Shown in pieces: positions 47,835 through 57,365 of a DNA stretch of 64,000 nt. Source of the stretch: a phage; NCBI GenBank assembly GCA_026683435.1, contig GCA_026683435.1_4866.1; one strand, given 5' to 3'. Both the position numbers and the translations under genes were made by a program. The notes beneath the pieces were generated by a model. It had not been told where the DNA came from. It did no database searches and was given only the letters and a program-made list of their open reading frames with translations. The first letter of the stretch is position 1. Each line of letters starts with the position of its first letter.

Positions 47835-47866
47835 AAAAAGAAAGCCTCTTCCCCGTGGGGAAGAGG
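47835..47866 (-). terminator. rho-independent terminator
   Basis: CCTCTTCCCC / GGGAAGAGG stem, loop GTG; minus strand followed by CTTTCTTTTTA. Confidence 0.6.
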
Positions 47867-47912
47867 GCATGGATTATCTTTAGGCTTTAAACCCGTCAAG
47901 TTCCTCGTTAAA

Positions 47913-50090
47913 TTACGATAACGGTATCGTTGGCCGCACCCACGGTTTAGGGGCAGATTTGGTATACGGATTACATTCCATCATTTTACCGAGATACGCA
48001 TCGTAATACACGAAGCGATCGACGTAGAACTTCTCCACCGGTGCACTACTGGTAGCCGATTTCACCCGGTTGCGTTCCACAGCGAGGCTAATCGCCCCGG
48101 TAGGTGCGGGTTTTAGCGTGAACATCACCGCGCGGTTGTAACGCCAAGTGTCGTGCACAATATCAAACTCCGATACACAGTGTGCCATGATACCAAACAA
48201 TGTGGTGGCTGGTAAGTTGGCTACAGCATCGCCGTATGGTGTTCCCACCAAACCGCCGGGTATGTTTTGCTTTTGGAACAGCGTACCTGAAATAATCGTA
48301 CCTAAGAACTCCACAACTACAGGCTTGGTTGGGTCGGTGACTTTATCTATCCCATCCGCACTGGCCAATCGGTTGGCATCTAAATCTGCGAGGTAGTCGA
48401 GGAACTCTTGGTACTCGTTGGTGACATTCGGTTTCACCGTTCCGACGGATACCCAGTTGACGATACTTTTATTCCCACCGACGGCTTCGCCTGCCATCCC
48501 AGGGCGAGTCCATGACATCCCGTCTTCACGACCGTAGACATAGATCGGCGAGCCGGTAGCCGGGGTGTTCCATTGCTCGAACGCTGTATATCGTCCCGGC
48601 TGGCCCCAATCCCCACCCGGACCGCCATAGTAGCGACTCTGGTAGCCGGTAAATTGTGCGACGACTAACTGAGTAGCACCGCCTTTGTCACGGGACCCAG
48701 CTAAGCCGTTACGGTTATTGGTGCCGCTGGGCACCACCGCGCCTGTCCCGAGTGGCGCACCACCAGCTCCACCGATCTTGGTGGTGCTAAACGCATAGTA
48801 GTCGCCCCCACCCCCACCTCCGGCGATGGTGCCGTAGTTTTCGATGGTGACTTTGCCACGGAAGGCATCGGTAATGTGGATTGCGTCAGCTCCGTCTGCT
48901 GATGTGTTCGCAGGCAGAGAATAGACCATACCCGAACCACCACGACCAAGAATGGTTCCCCGGTTAACGAAGTTCCAAACCACCTCGCCAATTTGCGGCA
49001 ATTCGTCGATAACGAACGTCGGTTTCAGGTTGCTGTCGCGATAAACGAAAGCCCCCGCATCTACGGTCACGTTAACAAACAAACGCCCGCACGCCGCATG
49101 GTTGGTCAACGTCGTGGCCCAGTAGCTGTCCGAAACTTGCGACGTAGTTGTGTAGTTCAGGTTAAGGGTTTGCTCGTTATCTTGATAGCGTGCCACATTC
49201 AACGTGGCACTGCCCATGACTTTGTACGAACCCTCCACGGGTGCCAATTGCACTTGTCTTGGCCACTCGCCTGTCAAGTTCTCTACAGGAGCAATTTCGT
49301 TTACATCAAAAACACTCCGAATGCCGAGTGTCTCGATGGCCAGAGCATCGTGCAGGCTACCGGTGAAATCATCCGGGACGTATGTGGTTTTGCCTGCATA
49401 TGTCTCGAGTTTGTTACGTGAAAAGAACACATACTTCGTTCCAAACATCCCGCTCCCCGGTCTAGCGGTCAAAGCTACGACGCTGTTATACGCAGAGGTT
49501 TGGCCTATATCCTCCGGGGACATAGGGGAGCTGACATCGACTTTATCAAGATCCACGATCCGTTTGGTTGCATTAGAGTAGAAGTTAATCCACTGCTGTT
49601 TATTCGCAGCCTTTAGCGTGAGAATGATGTTGGTAACAGTGTAGACGGTGTTGATATCCACGTCACCGTTTATCACATCTAGCGTTTGGCTGCCGTACCA
49701 GATAAGACTTGTCTGTTTCGTCTGGAACGTGATGCGCGCAGCATTGTTTGTCCAAGTGATAGGCAGGTCTTCAAAGTCGTCAGTTAAAAAGGTAATCCCT
49801 AGTAGAGTGTCTAAATGCGGCAACAGTTCGTGGATGGACGCACAAGTGGGAATGGCATCCAACTTAACCTTGGCGAAATAATCAGCAATATTTTGCTTCG
49901 TGACTTGGGCCGTAATTTGACCGTAATTTGAATACCCCGGACCCCCTGTCAGTGTGACGTCTAGGGTTTTTTCGTCACGATGCGCCACGGACACCAGGCG
50001 TACGTTAGCGGGGTCTACTGCTTTGGCGACCGCGTTTTTACGGTTGAGCGACCGAATCACGGTCGCCACTAAATCAGGAGTGTAGGACAT
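47913..50090 (-). CDS. N-module family protein (725 aa) with Gly-rich central tract; putative receptor-binding/adhesin protein
   Basis: Shared N-module; central GGGGGGDYYAFSTTKIGGAGGAPLGTG...YYGGPGGDWGQPG; C-terminal PYTKSAPKPW shared with 50105..51424. Confidence 0.55.
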   Translation of the reverse strand: MSYTPDLVATVIRSLNRKNAVAKAVDPANVRLVSVAHRDEKTLDVTLTGGPGYSNYGQITAQVTKQNIADYFAKVKLDAIPTCASIHELLPHLDTLLGITFLTDDFEDLPITWTNNAARITFQTKQTSLIWYGSQTLDVINGDVDINTVYTVTNIILTLKAANKQQWINFYSNATKRIVDLDKVDVSSPMSPEDIGQTSAYNSVVALTARPGSGMFGTKYVFFSRNKLETYAGKTTYVPDDFTGSLHDALAIETLGIRSVFDVNEIAPVENLTGEWPRQVQLAPVEGSYKVMGSATLNVARYQDNEQTLNLNYTTTSQVSDSYWATTLTNHAACGRLFVNVTVDAGAFVYRDSNLKPTFVIDELPQIGEVVWNFVNRGTILGRGGSGMVYSLPANTSADGADAIHITDAFRGKVTIENYGTIAGGGGGGDYYAFSTTKIGGAGGAPLGTGAVVPSGTNNRNGLAGSRDKGGATQLVVAQFTGYQSRYYGGPGGDWGQPGRYTAFEQWNTPATGSPIYVYGREDGMSWTRPGMAGEAVGGNKSIVNWVSVGTVKPNVTNEYQEFLDYLADLDANRLASADGIDKVTDPTKPVVVEFLGTIISGTLFQKQNIPGGLVGTPYGDAVANLPATTLFGIMAHCVSEFDIVHDTWRYNRAVMFTLKPAPTGAISLAVERNRVKSATSSAPVEKFYVDRFVYYDAYLGKMMECNPYTKSAPKPWVRPTIPLS

Positions 50091-50104
50091 GGTGACACCT
50101 TAGT

Positions 50105-51424
50105 CTATAGCGGTGGATACCAAGGGACCGGGGCGGTTTTGCTATATGGACTGTAGACCATATAGCCGCCTTTGCTTGGGTCGTAATAGATGAAATAGTT
50201 ACAGTAATTCGAGTAGAGGCTCGTCATTTGTTTGGATTGGTATCCGTTACGGTATAGTCCCTGGTAAGTAGTAGCTGATGTCGTGGTGGTGTAAGCAGTG
50301 TGGTACAGTACCCGACGCCGGTTAGCAATACTTTCTTGGAACATCTCTTCGGTCGGAAACGCGTGTTGCATCAGCCGTCGAATACTCCCGGTACAGTATC
50401 GAGTGCCATACGGGGAACCCGTTAAATCATCCGCCGTTTCAGGCGATTCTGCCCGAGTCAACACGTACTCGTTTTGATACAACGTGACGCTCATCGAATT
50501 TGGGCTGGTTTCCCGGAAACTCATGTAACGCGCATAACGTTCGACGTCCTCTTCCTGCGCCAAATAGGCCACGTTATTTTTCGGACCAAAGTGCAAGAAG
50601 AACGGACGACGGAGATTACCCATATCCTCAGGTGGCGTCAACTTCACGCAGTAATTGTACTCCCCACGCATATCAGGGTCTAAGCCTGGGTTGTTATTGC
50701 GTGTAGCGACATACCCATAGAGGTCATACGGGTTATCAGTAGCAGCATTACCGATAGTGAACGGGATGCCCGACCATGCCGACAGCGCCGCGATGAACTG
50801 GGTCATGTACGAGTTACTGTTTAGTCGCAGCGGGGTACCCATTGGAATATTGATTATCTGTTGGGTGTACATGCTCCAGTCGAGTCGATAGACCGTGCTG
50901 TAAACATCCATGGGTTCCCAAGCCCCGGTTTCGGTGGTGTGGTACAAGTCGGCAAAGCTGGGCTCTTCACGAATAAAGCTAATAGGAATGTGACCCGTGA
51001 ATGCGGGGTTATCCGATTTAATCGCCACCGTCCGATCGCCCGTTGCCACAGTGATCATTGCAAACTGGCTGTCGGGATACGTTAAATCGTCAGCAGTAAG
51101 CACCAACCCACAAGCTGCGGAAATCCGGTCGATGATGTCGCGGTAGGACGTCGCCCGATAAGGTACTTTAACCGGTACGCTGACGCCTTTAAAATACTGC
51201 GAAAGGTTTAAGCGGTCGTAGTAGATGTCCATCTTACCGCTGTAACCACCACCCTGTAATCCGTTTACCACTATACGGCTGTTGCGGCCATCGCGCAAGG
51301 CATTGGTTAAAGGACCTTGTAATAACGCCACGTTTGTTGCGTTGAGTGGTTTCTTGAGCTGCGGGTTATCACGATTAATCTGATCCCAAACCAGCTGCAT
51401 GACAGGTTTGTTATAGTTGATCAT
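50105..51424 (-). CDS. N-module family protein (439 aa)
   Basis: N-terminus MINYNKPVMQLVWDQINRDNPQL...GRNSRIVVNGLQGGGYSGKMDIYYDRLNLSQYF; C-terminal PYSKTAPVPW. Confidence 0.55.
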   Translation of the reverse strand: MINYNKPVMQLVWDQINRDNPQLKKPLNATNVALLQGPLTNALRDGRNSRIVVNGLQGGGYSGKMDIYYDRLNLSQYFKGVSVPVKVPYRATSYRDIIDRISAACGLVLTADDLTYPDSQFAMITVATGDRTVAIKSDNPAFTGHIPISFIREEPSFADLYHTTETGAWEPMDVYSTVYRLDWSMYTQQIINIPMGTPLRLNSNSYMTQFIAALSAWSGIPFTIGNAATDNPYDLYGYVATRNNNPGLDPDMRGEYNYCVKLTPPEDMGNLRRPFFLHFGPKNNVAYLAQEEDVERYARYMSFRETSPNSMSVTLYQNEYVLTRAESPETADDLTGSPYGTRYCTGSIRRLMQHAFPTEEMFQESIANRRRVLYHTAYTTTTSATTYQGLYRNGYQSKQMTSLYSNYCNYFIYYDPSKGGYMVYSPYSKTAPVPWYPPL

Positions 51425-51432
51425 TGCAACGT

Positions 51433-51470
51433 CCTAAAAAAAGAAAATAGGCCCTTCGGGGCCTATTTTT
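51433..51470. terminator. rho-independent terminator (bidirectional)
   Basis: AATAGGCCC / GGGCCTATT stem with loop TTCG, flanked by an A-tract and a T-tract. Confidence 0.6.
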
Positions 51471-51498
51471 AGCTGTTATGGTGAAGTACGCTATCCCT

Positions 51499-51591
51499 TT
51501 AACTCCAGCTGATTCGACCTGCGTGTTGGGGATTATCCCGCTGAATGAGCCGACACAACAGCTCAAGTGCAGTGGATGAGTAAAACCCCAT
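51499..51591 (-). pseudogene. 30-codon relic of an N-module gene
   Basis: MGFYSSTALELLCRLIQRDNPQHAGRISWS followed by a stop, own SD GGAGC; matches residues 1-30 of 53991..55409 (MGLYTEPSMELLCQQIVRDNPGLAGKITADS). Confidence 0.5.
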
Positions 51592-51602
51592 ATTAGCTCC
51601 TG

Positions 51603-51743
51603 TTAGCTAAGAACCAATTCGATAACGTGGACTACCGACGCGCTACTGTTCGAAGAGATGTACGATGGTGAGTCTGGATAAGTGGCGCGATAATACCACG
51701 TGTTGGCGTTGCCAGCGATTTGATAGGCGCGTCTACCGACTGT
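51603..51743 (-). pseudogene. C-terminal relic of an FN3-like/GPGP-family gene (X family)
   Basis: Encodes ...NTWYYRATYPDSPSYISSNSSASVVHVIELVLS, aligning with the C-termini of 52090..52989 (WYSRPPYPESPSNGRY...SIAVLELVLP) and 55423..56346; an in-frame stop lies about 46 codons upstream. Confidence 0.45.
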
Positions 51744-51844
51744 ACACTGCTATCAGATAACCAAACACCGTATAAATCACGTAGAGCTGGGAGAAGATCC
51801 CGCACGGTCTTGGCCGTTTGTGGTACGTAGACGCGCGGAGCTAT

Positions 51845-52078
51845 TTAAAATAGATCTGATAATGTTAAACGGTCGTAATAAACCGTGCACTCCCCAGAGA
51901 AACCTTTACCGGGTTTACCTACCAACGTAATTACCGTGTTACGACCATTCTTAGTGGTCTCGGCAGGAATACCCCTCACCCCAATCGAATCAGCGCTGAT
52001 TCTTCCTGCGAGTTCAGGGTTATCCCTTACAACCTGTTGGCAGAGCAGTTCCAGTTCGGGTGCGCTATACAATCCCAT
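51845..52078 (-). pseudogene. truncated N-module gene (77 codons, N-terminal module only)
   Basis: MGLYSAPELELLCQQVVRDNPELAGRISADSIGVRG...ECTVYYDRLTLSDLF then stop; near-colinear with the first 77 aa of the 472-aa gene 53991..55409; SD retained. Confidence 0.55.
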
Positions 52079-52089
52079 GAAGTCTCCTG

Positions 52090-52989
52090 TTAAGGCAGAA
52101 CGAGTTCAAGTACCGCAATAGAACGTATTGTATCGGTTTCGTATCTACCGTTCGACGGCGACTCTGGGTAAGGTGGACGGCTGTACCACTGATTGTAAAT
52201 GTCAGACATAGTCGCAAAGAGTGCAGATTGCGGGGCAGTAGTCGAATCGGTTGGACCGACCGGAAGGTCGTCAAAGCGCGGCAACTGCCCACTGTAGTTG
52301 TACAGGCGCGCGAAAGTGTTAAACCACTCACCGTCGAGATACAGCTCGGTCTTACCGCTTCTAACGTTAGTCGTCCAGAATCTGTAGTCGAACAAATACG
52401 GCAAACGCACCACGTATTCGTAACCGTTCTTCGCCACCGTGCGGCGTTGGTTACGTGCAGTGGCCCAGCTCGGTACAAATCCATTGCCATCCTGGCCGTA
52501 CATCAGCCCCTGGTTATAAATGAACTGCGGGCTAGCGTATATTATCGCGTTATCGGACATAAACAGAATACGGTTTTTGTAAATGAACTTATGCCAGGCA
52601 CCAACGGCGGAACTGAACATATTCACCACGAGGCTGTTCAGTTCCGTGTTAGTGAATAACTCTGTTGGCGTTACTGTTCCAAAGTATCCAGCGTGCCAGT
52701 CGCCGTATAACAGCTTCTGGGGGCCAGGCCCGGTGTCTAAAAAGAACCCTTGGGCGGTAGGGGTGTTGAAGACACGCTCACCGTCTTTAACCGCAGCTAT
52801 CCAATAACGGTAAGTGGTGTTGTTTTCCACAGCGTTGTCTTCGTACGATGTAGCGTCACCCGGAAGGGTTGCCAGAGGCGTTCCCGGTGCATTAACATCA
52901 ATGGTGGCGTTGCCCGGCGTCTTGCGATAGATTTCGATGCTATCGAGCGCCTGTGGCTTCCGTTGTGCAAAGTTTAATGTAATAGGCAT
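52090..52989 (-). CDS. X-family protein: FN3-like N-terminal segment plus GPGP domain (~300 aa)
   Basis: ORF track 52090..53025; ATG at 52987-52989 gives MPITLNF..., colinear with paralogue 55423..56346; motifs IEIYRK, TTYRYW.AAVKD.ER, DTGPGPQ, GYFGTV, C-terminal ELVLP. Confidence 0.55.
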   Translation of the reverse strand: MPITLNFAQRKPQALDSIEIYRKTPGNATIDVNAPGTPLATLPGDATSYEDNAVENNTTYRYWIAAVKDGERVFNTPTAQGFFLDTGPGPQKLLYGDWHAGYFGTVTPTELFTNTELNSLVVNMFSSAVGAWHKFIYKNRILFMSDNAIIYASPQFIYNQGLMYGQDGNGFVPSWATARNQRRTVAKNGYEYVVRLPYLFDYRFWTTNVRSGKTELYLDGEWFNTFARLYNYSGQLPRFDDLPVGPTDSTTAPQSALFATMSDIYNQWYSRPPYPESPSNGRYETDTIRSIAVLELVLP

Positions 52990-52991
52990 GA

Positions 52992-53978
52992 TTAATCCTC
53001 GATAAGCTCGATTACTGGAATCCAAACACCGCCCGCGGTCGCACCAGCGACATGTTGTATACGCTGGAGGTTATCCACGGTATCAGTGGAACCCGCCGCC
53101 GTTCCGCGCGTCAGCCCCAACTTACGGTCTGGGTCAAACTCCTGACAATGCGCCCCGCGGCCACTCACCGCCGATCCACTTCCGAATATGCTGGTGTTCG
53201 ACCACTTTATCAGGGACATCACTTTTTTCTTTTCTGGGAACCAGCTACTTATCCCATAGATGAGTCGGTTGTATTCGCTATCGGCAGTATACGGTGACGC
53301 GTCATGGAGTTTACCGTCCCACTGTGCATCGAGTGTCATGACCGGGCTTTCACTGTCGAGTGTTAAACCGCGCAGCAGGCGCATCCGATAGCGGTCACCC
53401 AACCACGTAAACTCCCCAGCCTGGTCAACGTCAGGTAAATCACCATGACCGCCTTCCGGACCAGGTCCCGCCACACCGTACAGCAAACCCGCGTTATAAA
53501 TCGCATCACGGCTATACAGCGTGTTGCCGTTCACACGAAGACCACTAAACAGATACAGAATTTTACCGTCTAGCTGGAACTTCATCAAGCCCGGCTTAAC
53601 AGTTGGGTCGTATCCAGAAAGGGCCACAAACCCTGGCGGATAATCAGCCGCGCTAGGCAATTCACCGTACGCCACATACCCGTAATACGCAAAGCGGTCA
53701 TCACCGTACTGTGGAGCCACGATGCCGATACCGCGACGGTTCTGAATTAGAATTGATTTCTGCGGACTGAACAGTGTCCGACTTCCCACTGTCACGGTGG
53801 TCATGTAGTAATACGTTGTCCCCAGTATCGCTGTTCGGTCAGTATACTCAGTTTCCCCGTTAGTGAACGTTGCCAGGGGTTCAGGTAATGCCGTACGCAC
53901 CAGAGGTTTGGTGTCGCGGTACAGCTTCACGGTCGAAGCCCCAGGGTTATTGTTCGTCCAACGAATTGTAAAAGCCAT
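52992..53978 (-). CDS. Y-family protein: FN3-like N-terminal segment plus GPGP domain (328 aa)
   Basis: Paralogue of 56356..57354 (MAFTIRWTNNNPG...KLYRD vs MSFTLRWKNPNVIP...KIYRD); GPGPEGGHGDLP; C-terminal IELIED. Confidence 0.55.
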   Translation of the reverse strand: MAFTIRWTNNNPGASTVKLYRDTKPLVRTALPEPLATFTNGETEYTDRTAILGTTYYYMTTVTVGSRTLFSPQKSILIQNRRGIGIVAPQYGDDRFAYYGYVAYGELPSAADYPPGFVALSGYDPTVKPGLMKFQLDGKILYLFSGLRVNGNTLYSRDAIYNAGLLYGVAGPGPEGGHGDLPDVDQAGEFTWLGDRYRMRLLRGLTLDSESPVMTLDAQWDGKLHDASPYTADSEYNRLIYGISSWFPEKKKVMSLIKWSNTSIFGSGSAVSGRGAHCQEFDPDRKLGLTRGTAAGSTDTVDNLQRIQHVAGATAGGVWIPVIELIED

Positions 53979-53990
53979 TGTCGTTACCTC

Positions 53991-55409
53991 TTATTGGAAT
54001 CCATCCAACTCACCGTTAGTATCGCCCAGAGTAATTTTTGAAGGTTGGGCGATTTGGTCAGTCGTGAGAATAATCGGTCTAATCTTAACGCTAGCCATGC
54101 CTGTTACCGCGACGGAATATGCACGTTCATCATTGTCCGTCGTGGCAAGCAGAGGACGTGGATTCGCTGCAGCGGAGGTTTCCGTAATAGGCACCACACG
54201 AAGCGATTCGTTTTGGTCGATGTCTGTCAGAGTAACCACGGACGGTGCCCATGTCAGTTCTGCACCTTCGTCAATCAACGGCACAGGTTCATTGGCAACA
54301 TCAAACATCTCCAGGATTGGCCAAAAGCCAGAAGAGGTGTGGATGTATGTGTATGAACGATAGCTCCCACTGATAGACTGGTAATACGCTTGGTCGGCAC
54401 CGAACTGGTGTCGTAACCACACGTAATCCAGGAAGTTAGCATCAGTCGTGCTAAGAGTTCCCCATTCCCCATATACGTTCACCGACCCCAATTTGCTGGT
54501 CAGTGACAGGATAGAGGTGATTGACGGCGGTTTACTCCAATCAGGCGCGGCGGCGTTCTCGGTGTAATACGGGATAGACATTCTGAAATAATGCGTTCCT
54601 TCATCATCCCGTTTTACCATGTATTTCAACTGTTCAACATCGACAGGTGTGTAAGTCGACTTCGGGCGAGGTCCTGCGTCTCCGGAATCAAATATTGCAC
54701 CCTTGTTGTACAGGTCTGCCCAGGTAACGTTGCAAATCGCACGGGTCGGAACAAACACTACCGCCCCATTCAGAAAGAATTTGAGCCACTTGATAGCGTA
54801 GCGGTTAGGCCAGTTGGTGCCGTTATAGAGGGCATACACCATTTCATCAGATGTGAATAACTCTTCCGCGCTTACCAACCCAAAGAATCCGTATAACTCA
54901 TTACCGGCCATTAATCCTTTTGGCCCAGGACCCGATTTCGGATACATCGCAATCGGTTCGTAAACATAGGTCATCTTGCATGACCCGGTATAACACAAGG
55001 AGTTAGCGTGCGCCGTCAGAGTTACAGTTTCCGGCGTAGCGTATTTCATTAATGCAACGTTTGGACTGGTGATGTCACTCGCGGTTAAGTTCAACCCGTT
55101 CAATTCATTGAACGCCGGTAACGCTTCCGCATGGGTTTGTGCGCTACGTGGAATACTCACCATATTCGGGCCAGACTTGAACAGACTGGCCAGATTCAAC
55201 CGGTCGTAATATACCGTTATTTCCCCAGCAAATCCTTTACCGGGTTTTCCTACCAACGTAATCTGTGTGTTTCGTCCGTTAACGTTTTTCGCAACAGGAA
55301 CACCCCTGACCCCAATGGAGTCAGCGGTGATTTTTCCTGCTAAACCGGGATTGTCACGCACAATTTGTTGGCAGAGCAGTTCCATTGAAGGTTCTGTATA
55401 CAACCCCAT
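53991..55409 (-). CDS. N-module plus GPGP-domain protein (472 aa)
   Basis: Shared N-module; SGPGPKGLMAGNELYGFFGLVSAEELF; C-terminus ...GDTNGELDGFQ; paralogue of 57366..58778. Confidence 0.55.
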   Translation of the reverse strand: MGLYTEPSMELLCQQIVRDNPGLAGKITADSIGVRGVPVAKNVNGRNTQITLVGKPGKGFAGEITVYYDRLNLASLFKSGPNMVSIPRSAQTHAEALPAFNELNGLNLTASDITSPNVALMKYATPETVTLTAHANSLCYTGSCKMTYVYEPIAMYPKSGPGPKGLMAGNELYGFFGLVSAEELFTSDEMVYALYNGTNWPNRYAIKWLKFFLNGAVVFVPTRAICNVTWADLYNKGAIFDSGDAGPRPKSTYTPVDVEQLKYMVKRDDEGTHYFRMSIPYYTENAAAPDWSKPPSITSILSLTSKLGSVNVYGEWGTLSTTDANFLDYVWLRHQFGADQAYYQSISGSYRSYTYIHTSSGFWPILEMFDVANEPVPLIDEGAELTWAPSVVTLTDIDQNESLRVVPITETSAAANPRPLLATTDNDERAYSVAVTGMASVKIRPIILTTDQIAQPSKITLGDTNGELDGFQ

Positions 55410-55422
55410 GGTATTTACTCCA

Positions 55423-56346
55423 TTACGGTAAGACTAATTCAAAAGCAAAGAACATCGTGGCCGAGTTCCCGACACCTGAGGTGTTACTAATCCCCATAGG
55501 CGCATAACCGTACGCATAAGCGAAAATGTTGTTGCTCCATAAAGGAGCTAATGCAGCAGCACCTGTTTCGTTAGGCTGGTAAGTTGAACCTTGCGCCGGT
55601 ATTGAATCGATGGCACCAAGACCAATAGGCGGGAACTGTGAACCGACAGGATACAAACGGCCCATTGTGTTTCGCCATTCACCGTTGTTGTAATCCTGTC
55701 CTGAGAGTGCCGCGTCGTACGGGACTGCGTAAGGTAACCGGATACGGTACGTACGACCATCCTTCGTGACCTTACAATCTTGTTTGGTCGCCGTGGCCCC
55801 CAGCGGAACAATACTTCCGTCATCATCGGTCCCGTACATCATGCCGTACTGATACGCCATTTGTACCGAGTTGCTTTTCGAATGCATCGTCGCTGGGAAG
55901 AAGACAATTCGCCCACGGAAAATAAACTTGTGCCATTCCTGAGGGTCGTAAGTAAACATGTTTCCCTGCTGCGCGGTTAACATGAGTTTTAACTCGGCAG
56001 TATTAAAGAACTCGGTATTAGATACCGTACCGAAATAGCCTGACGCCCAATCGCCACGCAAAATAGTTTGTGGCCCCGGTCCAGTGTCCGGATAGAACCC
56101 TTGCGTAATCGGATTGCCGATAAGTCGTTCATTATCTTTCACAGCAGCTACCCAGTAACGATAAGTTGTATTCTTCGTCAGGGTATCGATATTATCTACG
56201 AACTCTACCGCGCTACCGGATAAGGTGGCGTGGGGTGTACCTGGGTTGTAAACGTCGATTGTTGCGTTCCATCCTTCCTTGCGGTAGATTTCAATCGCGG
56301 TAAGACCTTTGCTGGCTTGGGACGGCCAGCTTAACCGTATAGTCAT
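55423..56346 (-). CDS. X-family protein (307 aa)
   Basis: Paralogue of 52090..52989; IEIYRK, DTGPGPQ, C-terminal FELVLP. Confidence 0.55.
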   Translation of the reverse strand: MTIRLSWPSQASKGLTAIEIYRKEGWNATIDVYNPGTPHATLSGSAVEFVDNIDTLTKNTTYRYWVAAVKDNERLIGNPITQGFYPDTGPGPQTILRGDWASGYFGTVSNTEFFNTAELKLMLTAQQGNMFTYDPQEWHKFIFRGRIVFFPATMHSKSNSVQMAYQYGMMYGTDDDGSIVPLGATATKQDCKVTKDGRTYRIRLPYAVPYDAALSGQDYNNGEWRNTMGRLYPVGSQFPPIGLGAIDSIPAQGSTYQPNETGAAALAPLWSNNIFAYAYGYAPMGISNTSGVGNSATMFFAFELVLP

Positions 56347-56355
56347 GACTGCCCC

Positions 56356-57354
56356 TTACTCGACCAGTTCAAAGATAGGGTAGTAGCGCCCTTTCGTGGT
56401 GGGTGATAAATAGTTTATACGCTGAATCGTGGATACGGGTGTTCCACCGGCATTGTTAAAAATACCACGATGGAGCACACGGTCTTCCGCGGTATCGTGT
56501 TCCATACAGAGAACACCACCGCCGAAATACTGTGCCAAGGTTCCCAAAGTACCCTGTCCCAGATAAGTATAACCGATTGTTGCCCAGTTAGCCCAACGCT
56601 GTTTCTTCGGCACCTCGTTAACCATCGTGTAAAGTAAATCGTTATACTCACACGGGTTGGTTAGAGAAGCGATTTCATCATGGGTTTTCCCATTATAGTC
56701 AGCTACGAAAGGATACGCAGGAGGCTCGCTAGACGTCGTCAGGCCGCGAGGAAGACGCATAATGTACGTATCCCCTTTGTGGACTATCTTAGCGTCTTGT
56801 GGAGTGGCCGGTAGCGTTCCATGGCCGTTCTCTGGGCCAGCATCGCCCGTACCATAGACTAAACCAGCTTGATAGAGGGAAGCCCAGTCCACAGGCGTAT
56901 TCGGGAACTGCGACGTGTTAGATAGCATGTAATAGATCTTCCCGTTTCGGGTAAATTTATACAACGCCACACGATCGGTTAGTAGGTTAGGGAACATCGC
57001 CAAAAATGCAGGTGGCATTTGCGACGGAAGCCACTGTTCGTCGTAAGGAACCGCACCCATAAACCCTAAACGGTCGTCACCGTTTAGAATAGTCATTGGG
57101 CCTATCCCGCGTTTTACCTCAACAGTATATTTCTGGCTAGACGATGCCACTGTTTTACCGTTGGCGGTTACCGTCAGAAGGTAATAATAGGTTGCGCCTG
57201 GTGTGGCGGTGGTATCACGCCATTCTGTCTCGCCATTTGAGAGCGTTGCAATCGGTTCAGGCAAAGCGCCTGGTGTGATATCTTTAACATCACGGTAGAT
57301 TTTTACTACCGTAGGGATTACGTTTGGATTTTTCCAACGCAAAGTAAAAGACAT
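56356..57354 (-). CDS. Y-family protein (332 aa)
   Basis: Paralogue of 52992..53978; GDAGPENGHGTLP; C-terminal FELVE. Confidence 0.55.
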   Translation of the reverse strand: MSFTLRWKNPNVIPTVVKIYRDVKDITPGALPEPIATLSNGETEWRDTTATPGATYYYLLTVTANGKTVASSSQKYTVEVKRGIGPMTILNGDDRLGFMGAVPYDEQWLPSQMPPAFLAMFPNLLTDRVALYKFTRNGKIYYMLSNTSQFPNTPVDWASLYQAGLVYGTGDAGPENGHGTLPATPQDAKIVHKGDTYIMRLPRGLTTSSEPPAYPFVADYNGKTHDEIASLTNPCEYNDLLYTMVNEVPKKQRWANWATIGYTYLGQGTLGTLAQYFGGGVLCMEHDTAEDRVLHRGIFNNAGGTPVSTIQRINYLSPTTKGRYYPIFELVE

Positions 57355-57365
57355 GGATGATACCT

